IMG/VR virus record: IMGVR_UViG_3300003323_000990
Location: 1-64,000 of that record
From: a virus
Direction: 5' to 3' (one strand)
Length of the DNA stretch: 64,000 nt
The position numbers and the translations under genes are program-made. Under the pieces are notes generated by a model. It did no database searches, was not told the origin of the DNA, and was given only the letters and a program-made list of their open reading frames with translations. Of the stretch, positions 8,630 through 18,273 are shown in pieces. Numbering within the stretch: position 1 is the stretch's first letter; every line of letters starts with the position of its first letter.

Positions 8630-10093
8630 ATGTTCACGGACACTATTAAACTGGGATTTGGTCATAACTTAGTGTTAGGTAATACTCCCAAGTTAGTGGG
8701 TTCAACTGGTATAGCCAATATACTGGAAAAAGAATCAAGGGCTACTACTGAAGCATTTGGTTTATTTGAATCCTCCTCTCCAAATTATACAACTTATTAC
8801 CCCGATGTAAGTTCTGATGATCTTAACCCCACGGATGATGAGTTCATATTACCCTTATTCAGAGCATTATCAGAGGTAATAGTTCATAAGAATTGGAACC
8901 CTATTGATTTCGGTGTTGGGGGAGTATTAAAAAAATCCATGAATTTACTGGTGGCTCAAGCAGTAAATGTTGACCACGAAACCATGGTGGGCAATGCTGT
9001 TGGAGCAGTAAGTAACGTGGCATGGCAAACAGCTTATAAGGCATCTAATGGAGTACTGGTACCTGCGGGTATTAATGCTACTTTAAAAATAGATGGGAAA
9101 AGCAATCCCCGTTTAGCAAGGGGAATACAGATGGATCCTCCATCTATCCATTCTACTTCAGTAACTGTTAATTTCATGTGGGAAAAATCCCATAATGTAC
9201 CCGATGAGGATTTCTTTTCCAAATTGGGAAGTTATGATAAAGACGGGGCTATGTACCGGCGAATAGTTACTGGTATAAAAAGGTATAACGAAATATCCCT
9301 GGTGGGCCACGGAGCAGACCCCTTTGCTCAGAAAATAGATGCTAATGGGCAGATAGTTAATCCTACCTGGGCGGATATTTCCTATAACAGCGAAGATGCT
9401 AAAGTTAAACGACAATCTCAGAAGGTATTCTTCTTTGACTTTAAAGACATGGATTCTGTAAGTAACTCAGAGAATACAATACCTCTTGAAAATAATAATA
9501 ACGACGAAGAAAACAAAAACACTTCTAACATGAATCCATTCCTCTTATTCTTAGCTGAGAAATTCGGCATTTCAATTGAAGGTAAAACAGAAGAGCAACT
9601 CACTGCCGAATTAAAAGCTAAGGCAGAGACTTTGGGTGATGTTACTGCTCTCACTGCCACCAACGCTACTTTAACAGCAGAAAATGCTACTTTAACTGCC
9701 CGGGTAGCAGAGCTGGAGAAAACTCAGCCATCAGCAGATGTAACTGCTTTGACTGCTTTTAAAACAACTGTATTAGCTGATATGAGGGGCAATGTTACCA
9801 GATTATATAATCTGACTACAAAAACCCCAGTAAAAGCAATCACAGACATGATCTCCAACGGGGATTACCCTACCCTTGCTGCACTCACAGTTCAGTACCA
9901 GGAATTAGCAGATCAAGCTTATCCGGCCGAATGTAAAAATTGTGGCAGCAAAGAAATTAACCGGGCAAGTACAGAGCGTAACACAGAAGAGGAAGCTCCT
10001 GATACCTCTAATCTCTCTGCTTATGAGATTGCTCAAGCAATTGCTGACGAAAAACGTATTAAAAGAGCCGAGGGAATGCACTCTGCTGAGTAA
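8630..10093 (+). CDS. putative prohead protease / scaffolding fusion protein
   Basis: N-terminal part has VNVDHETMVGNAVGAV and IHSTSVTVNF, resembling HK97-type protease His/Ser blocks. C-terminal part is coiled-coil with repeated DVTALTA / NATLTAENATLTA heptads. Lies between portal and capsid genes. Confidence 0.5.
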   Translation: MFTDTIKLGFGHNLVLGNTPKLVGSTGIANILEKESRATTEAFGLFESSSPNYTTYYPDVSSDDLNPTDDEFILPLFRALSEVIVHKNWNPIDFGVGGVLKKSMNLLVAQAVNVDHETMVGNAVGAVSNVAWQTAYKASNGVLVPAGINATLKIDGKSNPRLARGIQMDPPSIHSTSVTVNFMWEKSHNVPDEDFFSKLGSYDKDGAMYRRIVTGIKRYNEISLVGHGADPFAQKIDANGQIVNPTWADISYNSEDAKVKRQSQKVFFFDFKDMDSVSNSENTIPLENNNNDEENKNTSNMNPFLLFLAEKFGISIEGKTEEQLTAELKAKAETLGDVTALTATNATLTAENATLTARVAELEKTQPSADVTALTAFKTTVLADMRGNVTRLYNLTTKTPVKAITDMISNGDYPTLAALTVQYQELADQAYPAECKNCGSKEINRASTERNTEEEAPDTSNLSAYEIAQAIADEKRIKRAEGMHSAE

Positions 10094-10145
10094 TGCAGGC
10101 TTCGGATTAATAAAATTTTAAACCTCTCTTAAATTATTTAATACC

Positions 10146-10592
10146 ATGACTGCATTCACCACCTTAGGTTTAAATACTAAGACTACTTTCCTCCATACGG
10201 AGAATCACAAAACAACAGTAGAATTTACTGCTTCCGCTGTTATCCAACCCGGCCAATTGGTTAAATTGGATGCTGCGGGTACCATTAGCCCCTGGGCAGC
10301 TACTGATCTCCAGCATACCTGCATTGGTTTTGCTTATAATGGAGCTAAAGCTGTTGGCGATCTTTGCACAGTATGGACCCGGGGCTATGCAATTATATTG
10401 GGTTTAAGTAATGCTGCTCAAGCTGCGGGCCCCACTACATTTGCTTCTTATGATACCACTAATGCCACTCCCGATGGTAATAAGGGGTATAATAAATATA
10501 AGGTAGCAACCGATGTTACCGACTGCATCGGATGGATGCTTGATCAAGCAACTGCAGCCAACCAACTGGTAAGAGTTCTGATTAAAGACTAA
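10146..10592 (+). CDS. putative head decoration / cement protein (DUF2190-like)
   Basis: 148 aa, directly upstream of the major capsid gene. GQLVKLDAAGTISPW resembles decoration-protein family members. Mainly a positional call. Confidence 0.4.
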   Translation: MTAFTTLGLNTKTTFLHTENHKTTVEFTASAVIQPGQLVKLDAAGTISPWAATDLQHTCIGFAYNGAKAVGDLCTVWTRGYAIILGLSNAAQAAGPTTFASYDTTNATPDGNKGYNKYKVATDVTDCIGWMLDQATAANQLVRVLIKD

Positions 10593-10653
10593 GTTACAAG
10601 CCCTGTACAATTAATACTAAACCTAATCTCAGAATTTTAAATACATTTAAAAT

Positions 10654-11760
10654 ATGTCCGAAGTTAAAACCGACAAACCCGCTGTAATTACGTCACAAGC
10701 GTTGAAGGAAGCGGTACAAGCTTGCGAGGCAACCCGTAAGCATAAAACAAACCCTACCGACATTACATTGCAGGAGTTTGTTAAGGCAAAATATCAGATG
10801 AGCATGGAGCAATTCTATGAGCAGCTGAAAGTAAATCCCACTTCGGACACTGTTGAGAACATCGTCAACATGCCCGATCAAAATTACCGCTGGCTTATCC
10901 CTGAGGTAATCAGAGATGCTATCCGGTTGGGTTTAAGAAAAGCCCCCATATATCCTAATATTATTGCATCGGAGCAGAATATCTCCCAAACAGAGATCAC
11001 TATGCCAGCCATCAATATGAGTGAAGCAATGCCTAAGTATGTGGGTATTGCTGAAACCATTACCGTTGGTGATGTATCTTTCCAGGAAAAGAAGGTAAGG
11101 ATCCGCAAAATGGGCCGGGGTATCAAAATCCCCTATGAAATCCGTCAATATGTTGCCCTGAACATTCTCTCCATATTCCTACAGGACTTCGGAGTAAAAA
11201 TGGGCATGGGCCTGGATATGCTTGCCCTGGATGCTGCAATCAATGGTGACCAAGCCGATGGCTCTGATTCAGCAGCAGTAATCGGGGTTGCAACTGCTGG
11301 TACACTTAACTATCGGGATCTTATTAAGCCCTGGGTACGGGGTAGCAGACTGGGCAAAACATTTGCCAACATGGTTGCTGGAGAAGACATGGCTATCGAT
11401 ATCCTGGATTTATTCCAGTACAATAACCGTCAGTTCGGAACAGTTATCCATCAGATTGACCTGAAAACTCCAATCCCGTCCAGTAGCAATCTGTGGGTAC
11501 ACGGGGGTATTCCAAACAGCCAAGTACTCATCGTTGATCCGGCCAGTGCACTCATTAAACTGAATGCTCAGCCTTTGCTGGTTGAAACAGAGAAGATAGT
11601 ATCCAACCAGACTGAAGCTACCTATGCTTCTATCACTACTGGCTTTGCAACTTTATTCCGTGATTCCCGGGTGGTATTGGACAAATCTATCACTTATGCT
11701 GCGAACCCATTCCCAGCATGGATGGATCCTACCTATCAGGAAACTCTGGAAATCCAATAA
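10654..11760 (+). CDS. major capsid protein (HK97-fold type)
   Basis: 368 aa in the head module, after protease/scaffold and decoration genes. Followed by a strong intrinsic terminator at 11793-11823, typical of highly expressed capsid genes. Confidence 0.75.
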   Translation: MSEVKTDKPAVITSQALKEAVQACEATRKHKTNPTDITLQEFVKAKYQMSMEQFYEQLKVNPTSDTVENIVNMPDQNYRWLIPEVIRDAIRLGLRKAPIYPNIIASEQNISQTEITMPAINMSEAMPKYVGIAETITVGDVSFQEKKVRIRKMGRGIKIPYEIRQYVALNILSIFLQDFGVKMGMGLDMLALDAAINGDQADGSDSAAVIGVATAGTLNYRDLIKPWVRGSRLGKTFANMVAGEDMAIDILDLFQYNNRQFGTVIHQIDLKTPIPSSSNLWVHGGIPNSQVLIVDPASALIKLNAQPLLVETEKIVSNQTEATYASITTGFATLFRDSRVVLDKSITYAANPFPAWMDPTYQETLEIQ

Positions 11761-11792
11761 GAAGCTTCTCGTTAATTTGTCCATCATTAAAG

Positions 11793-11823
11793 CCCAGCAT
11801 CCCTTCCAGATGCTGGGTTTTTT
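11793..11823 (+). terminator. intrinsic terminator after the major capsid gene
   Basis: CCCAGCATC-ccttcca-GATGCTGGG followed by TTTTTT. Confidence 0.85.
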
Positions 11824-11840
11824 CATTTAAACCAGGTACA

Positions 11841-12401
11841 ATGCTTTATACTTATGTGAGGCTGGGGGCAAGAGCAAACAGCTTTTCTGATTTAAGGAGT
11901 GGTATAATCTTGCTAAATAAAACTACCATTGTAAAATTGGAGTCATTCCAGATGAATGATCGGGTAATGACAGCATTAGCTCATAGCTTTCTAGTTCAAG
12001 TTACTAAAGCAGAATATGAATTAATATACGCTCCTTTAGTTGGAGCAACTAGCGAGGACGTAATAAGCACAGAGGTTGCTGAAGGAACGCTTGACTCAGC
12101 TAAAGTATTTAATAATGTAATAGGCCCAATAGATTCACCCCCTGCTGGAGCAACTACTGGGGGAGATTATTACCTTATAGGGGGAACTCCTCTATTGGAA
12201 TGGAAAGGAAAAAACGGATTAATTGCCCAATGGGTACAGGGAGCATGGGAATATACAACTCCAGATGATGGTAGTATAGCAATGTTAAAATTGTATCCTG
12301 GATATTTCTATTTTTATTCAGGAGTATACCCAGGGGGATTATGGAGAAAATACCCTTCAGACTCTGTTGATATACCAACCATTAATGATATTAATGGTTA
12401 A
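11841..12401 (+). CDS. hypothetical head-associated protein, N-terminal module shared with the next gene
   Basis: The track ORF starts at 11718, inside the capsid gene, and runs through the terminator. The in-frame ATG at 11841 (MLYTYVRLG...) follows the terminator. The N-terminal ~55 aa are paralogous to 12456-12887. Confidence 0.6.
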   Translation: MLYTYVRLGARANSFSDLRSGIILLNKTTIVKLESFQMNDRVMTALAHSFLVQVTKAEYELIYAPLVGATSEDVISTEVAEGTLDSAKVFNNVIGPIDSPPAGATTGGDYYLIGGTPLLEWKGKNGLIAQWVQGAWEYTTPDDGSIAMLKLYPGYFYFYSGVYPGGLWRKYPSDSVDIPTINDING

Positions 12402-12455
12402 TAAAACGACACTAAAATCTACTATTATAAATTTTAACCTTAAAACTTACCAACA

Positions 12456-12887
12456 ATGGCAAAGTACAGTTATTTTAAGTTATCTAAAGACGCCACTCTG
12501 TTCACTGATCCCAAATCAGGCCTTACAGTCCGCAATAAAGAAGTGGTAAAAATGGAATCCGAAAAAGCTAATTCCTCTGCTAAAGTAAGGGATGCAGTTA
12601 AAGGGGGCCATCTTCGTGAGGCAACTGAAGAAGAATACAATAAGTGGCAGGCAAAGACTGCCGACGATGTGGAAGATGAACTGGAGGGAGAGGAAGATCT
12701 TGTGGGTGGCGGAGAAGCGGATGACGACGAAGATGAGGACGAAGAAGATGATCCTGAAACAATGACCAAATCTGAGCTCATGGACGCTATCCGTGATGAT
12801 GAAACCATTCCTGAGGAAGAAAAGAAAGCACTCAGTAATAAAAACAAAGAAGACCTGGTAGCCCTTTATAAAAAATACATTAAGTAA
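12456..12887 (+). CDS. acidic protein with HeH/Rho_N-like C-terminus
   Basis: Acidic run EDELEGEEDLVGGGEADDDEDEDEEDD. C-terminal MTKSELMDAIRDD...NKEDLVALYKKY resembles the HeH/Rho-N motif. The N-terminal module is shared with 11841-12401. Confidence 0.65.
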   Translation: MAKYSYFKLSKDATLFTDPKSGLTVRNKEVVKMESEKANSSAKVRDAVKGGHLREATEEEYNKWQAKTADDVEDELEGEEDLVGGGEADDDEDEDEEDDPETMTKSELMDAIRDDETIPEEEKKALSNKNKEDLVALYKKYIK

Positions 12888-13711
12888 TGGCAGCACCTGC
12901 AGCAAATTTTACTTTTAATCCAATAGGCCTGTCCCTGCAATTTGTGGACAGGTCTACTGGTTCTCCTACGTCATGGTCATGGGACTTCGGAGATGGGACT
13001 GCTGTATCAACTTTACAGAATCCCAACCACATATATGCAGTACCCAATGTGTATAATGTGAAGTTAACCGTGACTAATTCAGACGGTAGTTCAAGTGCTG
13101 GATACCTTATAGTAGTTTCTACTACCAGTGCATTGAGTACAACTATCTATGACATGGTTAAAGGGTATCTATCGGGTATAGGAGTTGTTTTAGATGGACA
13201 AAAATTCACAGAGGCAAAAGAGTTTTGGCAGTTGTATATAGCCCCACAGCTGGATCCACCTATAGTAGACCCCAATATTTTTAATGAGGCAGCTTACCCA
13301 GGTATGGTAAATGTACTCATTGCTAAATTGGTAGTTTACGAATTGGTATGGGCAGCTTTAGGTAATACAATCATAGGAGCTGGAGCTTCAGGTAATGCAA
13401 CTTCAGGAGGATCTGGGGCAATGAAACGTGTTGAAACGGGGCCATCTAATGCTGAATGGTATGATCCTTCAGCTATGTTAAACGCAATGTTCAGGGGTAA
13501 TGGGTCAGCTGGAAATGCCTATGATATGTTTATACAGGGTATTTGCATGCTTGCTTCTTCATTAGGAATAAATATTCCTGAGATATGCCCCCAGATAGCT
13601 AATGCCACTTTATTTGTAAAAGCTAAAGGAACTGGAGATTGCGGCTGTGGCAGTGGGGTTGGTATCCCACATAGGGGTATTCCATCAAAAGGAGGTTGGC
13701 CATGGTATTAA
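12887..13711 (+). CDS. PKD-domain protein (probable Ig-like capsid/virion decoration)
   Basis: FTFNPIGLSLQFVDRSTGSPTSWSWDFGDGT...NPNHIYAVPNVYNVKLTVTNSDGSS is a textbook PKD domain. TAATG stop-start overlap with the upstream gene. Confidence 0.8.
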   Translation: MAAPAANFTFNPIGLSLQFVDRSTGSPTSWSWDFGDGTAVSTLQNPNHIYAVPNVYNVKLTVTNSDGSSSAGYLIVVSTTSALSTTIYDMVKGYLSGIGVVLDGQKFTEAKEFWQLYIAPQLDPPIVDPNIFNEAAYPGMVNVLIAKLVVYELVWAALGNTIIGAGASGNATSGGSGAMKRVETGPSNAEWYDPSAMLNAMFRGNGSAGNAYDMFIQGICMLASSLGINIPEICPQIANATLFVKAKGTGDCGCGSGVGIPHRGIPSKGGWPWY

Positions 13712-14163
13712 CAAATGCTCAATGGGCAAAATACAAAGCTGCTATAGGTAATGCTATGGGAGATTTTGCTAATAAGCCTATAATCTGGAGGAGAAAGATA
13801 CTAGGAGTAGATAGATGGGGGGAGGATACAGCTAATTCAACTACTCAAGATGTAACTATAGTTGGCCTATTTACTTATAACATAATGAGGAGTTGGCCAA
13901 TTACTTTTACAAGTGAGAGTGGGGAACTTGATAGGCAATCTGCCCAATTATACCTTGATATCCCCTATCTTAAAGCTAATGGTTATTGGACAGCAACAGG
14001 AAATTTCGACTATAACCCAGACTATGACCGCTTTATAATAGATGGTTTGGTATATAAATCATTTGGAGATACTCCTGCATCCCAAGCTAGAGAAGAGGAC
14101 CTATTATTTACGTTGATTATAAAAAGAGAAGAAACCCCCACTTCAGAAAAAGTAAGACCCTAA
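13702..14163 (+). CDS. hypothetical head-tail joining protein
   Basis: The track start at 13696 is TTG; an ATG at 13702 overlaps the upstream stop. Position is between head and tail modules. Confidence 0.55.
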   Translation: MVLTNAQWAKYKAAIGNAMGDFANKPIIWRRKILGVDRWGEDTANSTTQDVTIVGLFTYNIMRSWPITFTSESGELDRQSAQLYLDIPYLKANGYWTATGNFDYNPDYDRFIIDGLVYKSFGDTPASQAREEDLLFTLIIKREETPTSEKVRP

Positions 14164-14756
14164 TGCCAAGTATATTTAATAACTCATTAGCTGGACCTGC
14201 GATAAAGTTCCAGCTTTTTGGTAATTGGGCCGAGGCTATTCGTATAATGAATAAATTAGACCCAGCAATAAAAGCTGCATCTCTCGAAGCCCAAGTAAAA
14301 ATACTGGAGGCGATAAAGAAAACAGTAAAAAGACATTTAAGAAATCAGGATTTACCTTGGAGGCCCCTTAATCAATATTATAGGCAAAGAAAGAGTTCTG
14401 GTGGACTAAGTACAGATATTCTCCGAGGTTGGGGAAATTATTACAATAACATAGAAGTATGGAAACAAGGTAGTCAACATTTTGCATTCATAGGCGTAAA
14501 AAGAGGAATTTATACACGGAGTTTGGACGGTAAAAAATCCAAATTGGATATTGCTACTATAGCTTTTATAAATGAAATGGGCGGGGGTAAAGTTCCTGCT
14601 CGTCCTTTATGGGGACCCACTATACGGGAGATGGGGGGAGCTAAAGGAATAAAAGAGGCCTTTGTTGACGAACTACATAGAAGATTAAAATTACGGGGTA
14701 TACCTGTAAAAATGTTTACTGCTAACCGCATATTCCGATCTAAGAAATGGCTTTAA
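14163..14756 (+). CDS. HK97 gp10-like head-tail connector / tail completion protein
   Basis: IAFINEMGGGKVPARPLWGPT resembles the conserved EfG...iPaRPf block of the gp10 family. TAATG coupling with the upstream gene. Confidence 0.5.
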   Translation: MPSIFNNSLAGPAIKFQLFGNWAEAIRIMNKLDPAIKAASLEAQVKILEAIKKTVKRHLRNQDLPWRPLNQYYRQRKSSGGLSTDILRGWGNYYNNIEVWKQGSQHFAFIGVKRGIYTRSLDGKKSKLDIATIAFINEMGGGKVPARPLWGPTIREMGGAKGIKEAFVDELHRRLKLRGIPVKMFTANRIFRSKKWL

Positions 14757-15481
14757 CAAATATTCAGGAATTGGTAGAGAGATCTATCTTTGAGGCTATA
14801 AGGAAAGTACTTGTACGTGAGGGATACGTTCCAGACGTAACATTAGTTCCTGATAGAGCTACGTACGATCAGCAGCTATCTGCAATAGAGCAAGCAAAGG
14901 GATTTGCATCTGAAATATTTGGTAACGGTAGTTCTCAGGCAACTGGTACTAAACATGTACCCAGAATAGTGATATCCGGTAGAAGAGTATTAGTAGGAGA
15001 AATAGGAAGTCCCCCATCAAGGGAGTTTGAAAAAGATCCATTAAATCCCAATAGCATTATTGCTGTTACTCCAGCCCCCGAAACTTCCCACCTTCAGCTG
15101 GAAATACATCTTGTAAGTAATACTGCTCAGCAAGAAAGGTTTTTAACTGCAGTTATAAATGCTGCTTTGAAGACCCGATCCTATATACCCATGATAGATG
15201 ATCCCACTGGAAAATCTAAATTCTTTTTAAGGCAATTTAATTATTACGATTTACCCGATACTATAGAGGGCATAGATGAAAATGTTTATGCTTATGAGGT
15301 TACTGATTTGTATTTATTTGAGGGAACTATAGAACAGATTAATGTTCCTTTAATACAGGCAATAACCTTGGAGACCACTTTATTAGAATTGGAGACTATC
15401 ATAGCTAACAATGGTGCTATTATAGGACCCTATATAAAGGACGATAACCTATATATCGACCTTAGTGGTATTCACCTATGA
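14747..15481 (+). CDS. hypothetical head-tail / tail terminator-region protein
   Basis: 244-aa ORF translationally coupled to the upstream gene. No motif recognised. Confidence 0.55.
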   Translation: MALTNIQELVERSIFEAIRKVLVREGYVPDVTLVPDRATYDQQLSAIEQAKGFASEIFGNGSSQATGTKHVPRIVISGRRVLVGEIGSPPSREFEKDPLNPNSIIAVTPAPETSHLQLEIHLVSNTAQQERFLTAVINAALKTRSYIPMIDDPTGKSKFFLRQFNYYDLPDTIEGIDENVYAYEVTDLYLFEGTIEQINVPLIQAITLETTLLELETIIANNGAIIGPYIKDDNLYIDLSGIHL

Positions 15482-15493
15482 AAAACGGTTATA

Positions 15494-15805
15494 ATGTTCA
15501 GACTCTTTCAGCTCGATGAAGCTACCCTTAAAAAAATTAAAAGGAACGTTGGATTTTACATTATTGCTGCCCTTATATCTGTGATTGTTTACCAAAATAA
15601 AGAATTAAGCCAGCAAACTAAAAGTAATGTGAAGCTGTATGAGATTATCAGAGTAAAAGACAGTATAGTTCATGAACGTGACCAACAAGTAATACAATAT
15701 TATCAGAACTTTTTCGTTGAAACTAGCAAGATGCTGGTGATGCAGAAAGCACAGATAAATAAAGCTGACACCATAATAAGTAAATTATCAGGATCAACTA
15801 AATAA
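15494..15805 (+). CDS. single-pass membrane protein with coiled-coil (i-spanin-like)
   Basis: One TM segment (VGFYIIAALISVIVY) followed by a polar helical region. Confidence 0.5.
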   Translation: MFRLFQLDEATLKKIKRNVGFYIIAALISVIVYQNKELSQQTKSNVKLYEIIRVKDSIVHERDQQVIQYYQNFFVETSKMLVMQKAQINKADTIISKLSGSTK

Positions 15806-15817
15806 ACTTTATTTATC

Positions 15818-16057
15818 ATGGGTAAAATTACAATAGGGTTTGTTCTGTTTTCATTAGCAGCCCTCCCCATATCCTCTAATTCTTCCCCATCACGAAGGTT
15901 AGTATTCCCAATAACAAAAGAGAGATCAAATCTTATGGAACTATCTTCGGAGAGGATGAAGAAATATCGGGAGAATATGCAAACATATACAGATAAACTC
16001 GATACCATAATTAAATTATTAGACCATGGCAAAGAAGATAACATGGGAGGACATTAA
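15818..16057 (+). CDS. small protein with N-terminal hydrophobic/signal-like segment
   Basis: MGKITIGFVLFSLAALPISS followed by a charged region. Competes with an antisense ORF at 15703-16044. The plus strand is favoured because all neighbours are on the plus strand. Confidence 0.4.
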   Translation: MGKITIGFVLFSLAALPISSNSSPSRRLVFPITKERSNLMELSSERMKKYRENMQTYTDKLDTIIKLLDHGKEDNMGGH

Positions 16058-16334
16058 ATCCAGAATATTTAAAAATTGGATAAGCCTCTTTTCACTACCA
16101 TTAACCTTTTTACTTATTGAACAAATAAGCAATAAGGCTCCACTATCCCAAATAATCCCCACAGTTGGTGGAATACTGGCTGTATTATTTGGGGTAGATA
16201 AGAAAAAGACCAGCTCGGCAGAAGAAAAAAAGGCTGCTGTTAAAAAAGCTAAAACAGAAATTAAAAAAGAGGTAGTTCAGAAAATTGATGCAGCAGCCGA
16301 AGAACACCTAAATGATCCTACTAAAAAACCTTAA
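16026..16334 (+). CDS. holin-like protein (two TM segments plus highly charged C-terminus)
   Basis: TM1 is WISLFSLPLTFLLI and TM2 is IIPTVGGILAVLFGV, followed by a Lys/Glu-rich tail. Strong terminator at 16341-16378. Confidence 0.45.
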   Translation: MAKKITWEDIKSRIFKNWISLFSLPLTFLLIEQISNKAPLSQIIPTVGGILAVLFGVDKKKTSSAEEKKAAVKKAKTEIKKEVVQKIDAAAEEHLNDPTKKP

Positions 16335-16340
16335 AAATAC

Positions 16341-16378
16341 AGAGGAAAGTTCCGCTTGGGACCTTCCTCTTTGTATTT
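16341..16378 (+). terminator. intrinsic terminator upstream of the sheath gene
   Basis: AGAGGAAAGTTCC-gctt-GGGACCTTCCTCT (13-nt arms: 11 Watson-Crick pairs, one G-T wobble, one A-C mismatch) followed by TTGTATTT. Confidence 0.75.
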
Positions 16379-16416
16379 CTAAACAATACCATTTTTAAAT
16401 AATAAAAAGGTTTACA

Positions 16417-18261
16417 ATGCCCGACTCTTCAAAAGTATTAATCAATGAAATAGACAACACCCAAACGGTGGCAGCGGCAACTACCGGAGTCAACGGGCTC
16501 AGTATGGTTACTAAAAGGGGACCATTCGGAAAAGAAGGTGTTGAGATTGAAGTAACCTCTTGGTTGCAATTTACCAGGATATTCGGAGGAGAAATCCCTG
16601 GAAAACTGGGTCCTACTCTTTCTAAGAGAGCTTTTGCCAGGGGTAGCAGATTACGTATTAATCGTATATTGCATTACACCACTATATCTGACCCTGCTTC
16701 TTTTGATGCAGATTTCTCAGCTCCTGTTGCTACTTCCATTATTACATACAGTGGACAGATAGTAACGGGACAGACGGTTTCTGTAACTGTAAACGGAGTG
16801 GTTACAACCCAACCATTTGTAACTGATTCTTTTACCACACTGCGTACCTTAGCAAACAAATTAAAAACCACTATCTCAGGGTATATTTCTGATGCTTATG
16901 CTCAGTCTGCCACTGTTTTAGTATTGGTTCCATTAACTGTTGCTATTACACCAACATCCTCAGTTACGGGAGGAACCCCCCCAACAGCAGCAGTAACATC
17001 AGTTAGTACCATTAAAGCCGGTACAGTTGATGCTTTTGCATTAAACCCTAAATACCCCGGGGCAGATTATAATAATCTGATGATCTATATTACAGCTGCT
17101 AAAAATGGAGACTCTAGGTATTTTGATCTTAACATCATGTTCCGGGGAGAAGAAGCCATTAATGAAACTTACTCAAACCTGATAATTAATGGTAATCCAA
17201 CTGCAGCTACTTCTACCTATTTGAGTAAGGTAGTTAAAGGGTCCCAATTAGTGAATGTTGTATACAACGACCTGAGTGGGACCACTGGGCAGGTAAGACC
17301 AAACAACATTGTATTAAAGTACGGAGCCGGTACTGATGGTACTGCTCCAACGGATGCAGATTACAACGGAGACTCTGCTGCTAAAAACGGTTGGTTTGCT
17401 TTTGACGGTGTAGATGATATTACATTACTCGGAGCAGCCGACAGGGATGTAATCGGAGTGCACATTGCTGGTGCAGCTTATGCAAATAACCGCAAGGATA
17501 TAGTTTATGTGGGCCATATCAGTAATGATTACATCACAGAAGCTCAGGTAATTACAGAAAAGGACTCCTATAATATTGACAGTAGCTATGCTGCCTTTAC
17601 TGTGGGTGGCCTAATTATAGTTGATCCTTTTACAAGTCAAAATTTACCTATCAGTGAACTGGGGGATATATTTGGAGCCTCTGCCTACTCTGATCAGAAT
17701 TTTGGCCCCTGGTACTCATTTGCGGGAACTAGGAGGGGATTAATTAACAATGCTCTGGGAGTAGTAAATAATTTCGGGGCTGCAGGTAATACTGCTGGTT
17801 TAGATTTAATTGCTAACCACCAGATTATTGCAGTGATTAATCGCAATAAAAAGATCCAGATTGCAGGTAACTATACTGGCCAACAGGAGGAAACTATTTT
17901 AAGTTGGCTTAGTGTACGTAAATTCCTTAACTATCTTAAAAAATCTCTGGGACCAACCCTGGAAAATTTCCTGGAAGAGCCCAATGATTTTGCAACCTGG
18001 AAATTAATCTACCAGGCAGTTAAGCCCTTTTTAGAAAACCTAAAAACAAAAAGGGCCATGTATGATTACCGTTGGGAGGGTGATCAGTTTGCTACTAACC
18101 TTCAACAATTGGTTGTTAATAATCCAACTGATGTAGGTAATGGTAAATATAAAATTAACAATTACATCCAGCCCACTCCTGCTTTGAGGGAAATAGAATT
18201 AAATATTATCCTCACTCCAACAGGAGTTAGTTTCGAAGACAACCTTGGTACATCACTTTAA
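16417..18261 (+). CDS. contractile tail sheath protein
   Basis: 614 aa, immediately upstream of the tube gene. Gene order is sheath, tube, chaperone, tape measure. Confidence 0.75.
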   Translation: MPDSSKVLINEIDNTQTVAAATTGVNGLSMVTKRGPFGKEGVEIEVTSWLQFTRIFGGEIPGKLGPTLSKRAFARGSRLRINRILHYTTISDPASFDADFSAPVATSIITYSGQIVTGQTVSVTVNGVVTTQPFVTDSFTTLRTLANKLKTTISGYISDAYAQSATVLVLVPLTVAITPTSSVTGGTPPTAAVTSVSTIKAGTVDAFALNPKYPGADYNNLMIYITAAKNGDSRYFDLNIMFRGEEAINETYSNLIINGNPTAATSTYLSKVVKGSQLVNVVYNDLSGTTGQVRPNNIVLKYGAGTDGTAPTDADYNGDSAAKNGWFAFDGVDDITLLGAADRDVIGVHIAGAAYANNRKDIVYVGHISNDYITEAQVITEKDSYNIDSSYAAFTVGGLIIVDPFTSQNLPISELGDIFGASAYSDQNFGPWYSFAGTRRGLINNALGVVNNFGAAGNTAGLDLIANHQIIAVINRNKKIQIAGNYTGQQEETILSWLSVRKFLNYLKKSLGPTLENFLEEPNDFATWKLIYQAVKPFLENLKTKRAMYDYRWEGDQFATNLQQLVVNNPTDVGNGKYKINNYIQPTPALREIELNIILTPTGVSFEDNLGTSL

Positions 18262-18273
18262 AATTTTTTATAG

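Noticed and set aside
9600-9760. Near-tandem 21-nt repeats (AAYGCTACTTTAAC...) and a duplicated DVTALTA motif in the scaffold-like gene
   Set aside because: Consistent with heptad repeats of a coiled-coil scaffold rather than a contingency or variable repeat.
11718-11840. N-terminal extension of the post-capsid ORF starting inside the capsid gene
   Set aside because: It would read through the strongest intrinsic terminator in the window (11793-11823). The in-frame ATG at 11841 follows the terminator.
12470-12905. Two minus-strand ORFs (125 and 129 aa, Ser-rich or Phe-rich) antisense to the acidic protein gene
   Set aside because: Antisense readings of a GA-rich acidic-coding tract. All neighbouring genes are on the plus strand and translationally coupled.
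13689-13696. Perfect Shine-Dalgarno-like AAGGAGGT with its GGAGG core 6 nt before the ATG at 13702
   Set aside because: It lies within the coding sequence of the upstream gene (..SKGGWPW) and is the only such case seen. Cannot be distinguished from coincidence.
15703-16044. 113-aa minus-strand ORF competing with the plus-strand small membrane ORFs
   Set aside because: It would be the only antisense gene inside the late operon, and it overlaps the 3' end of 15494-15805. The plus-strand ORF at 15818-16057 has an ATG and a signal-like N-terminus. Not fully excluded.
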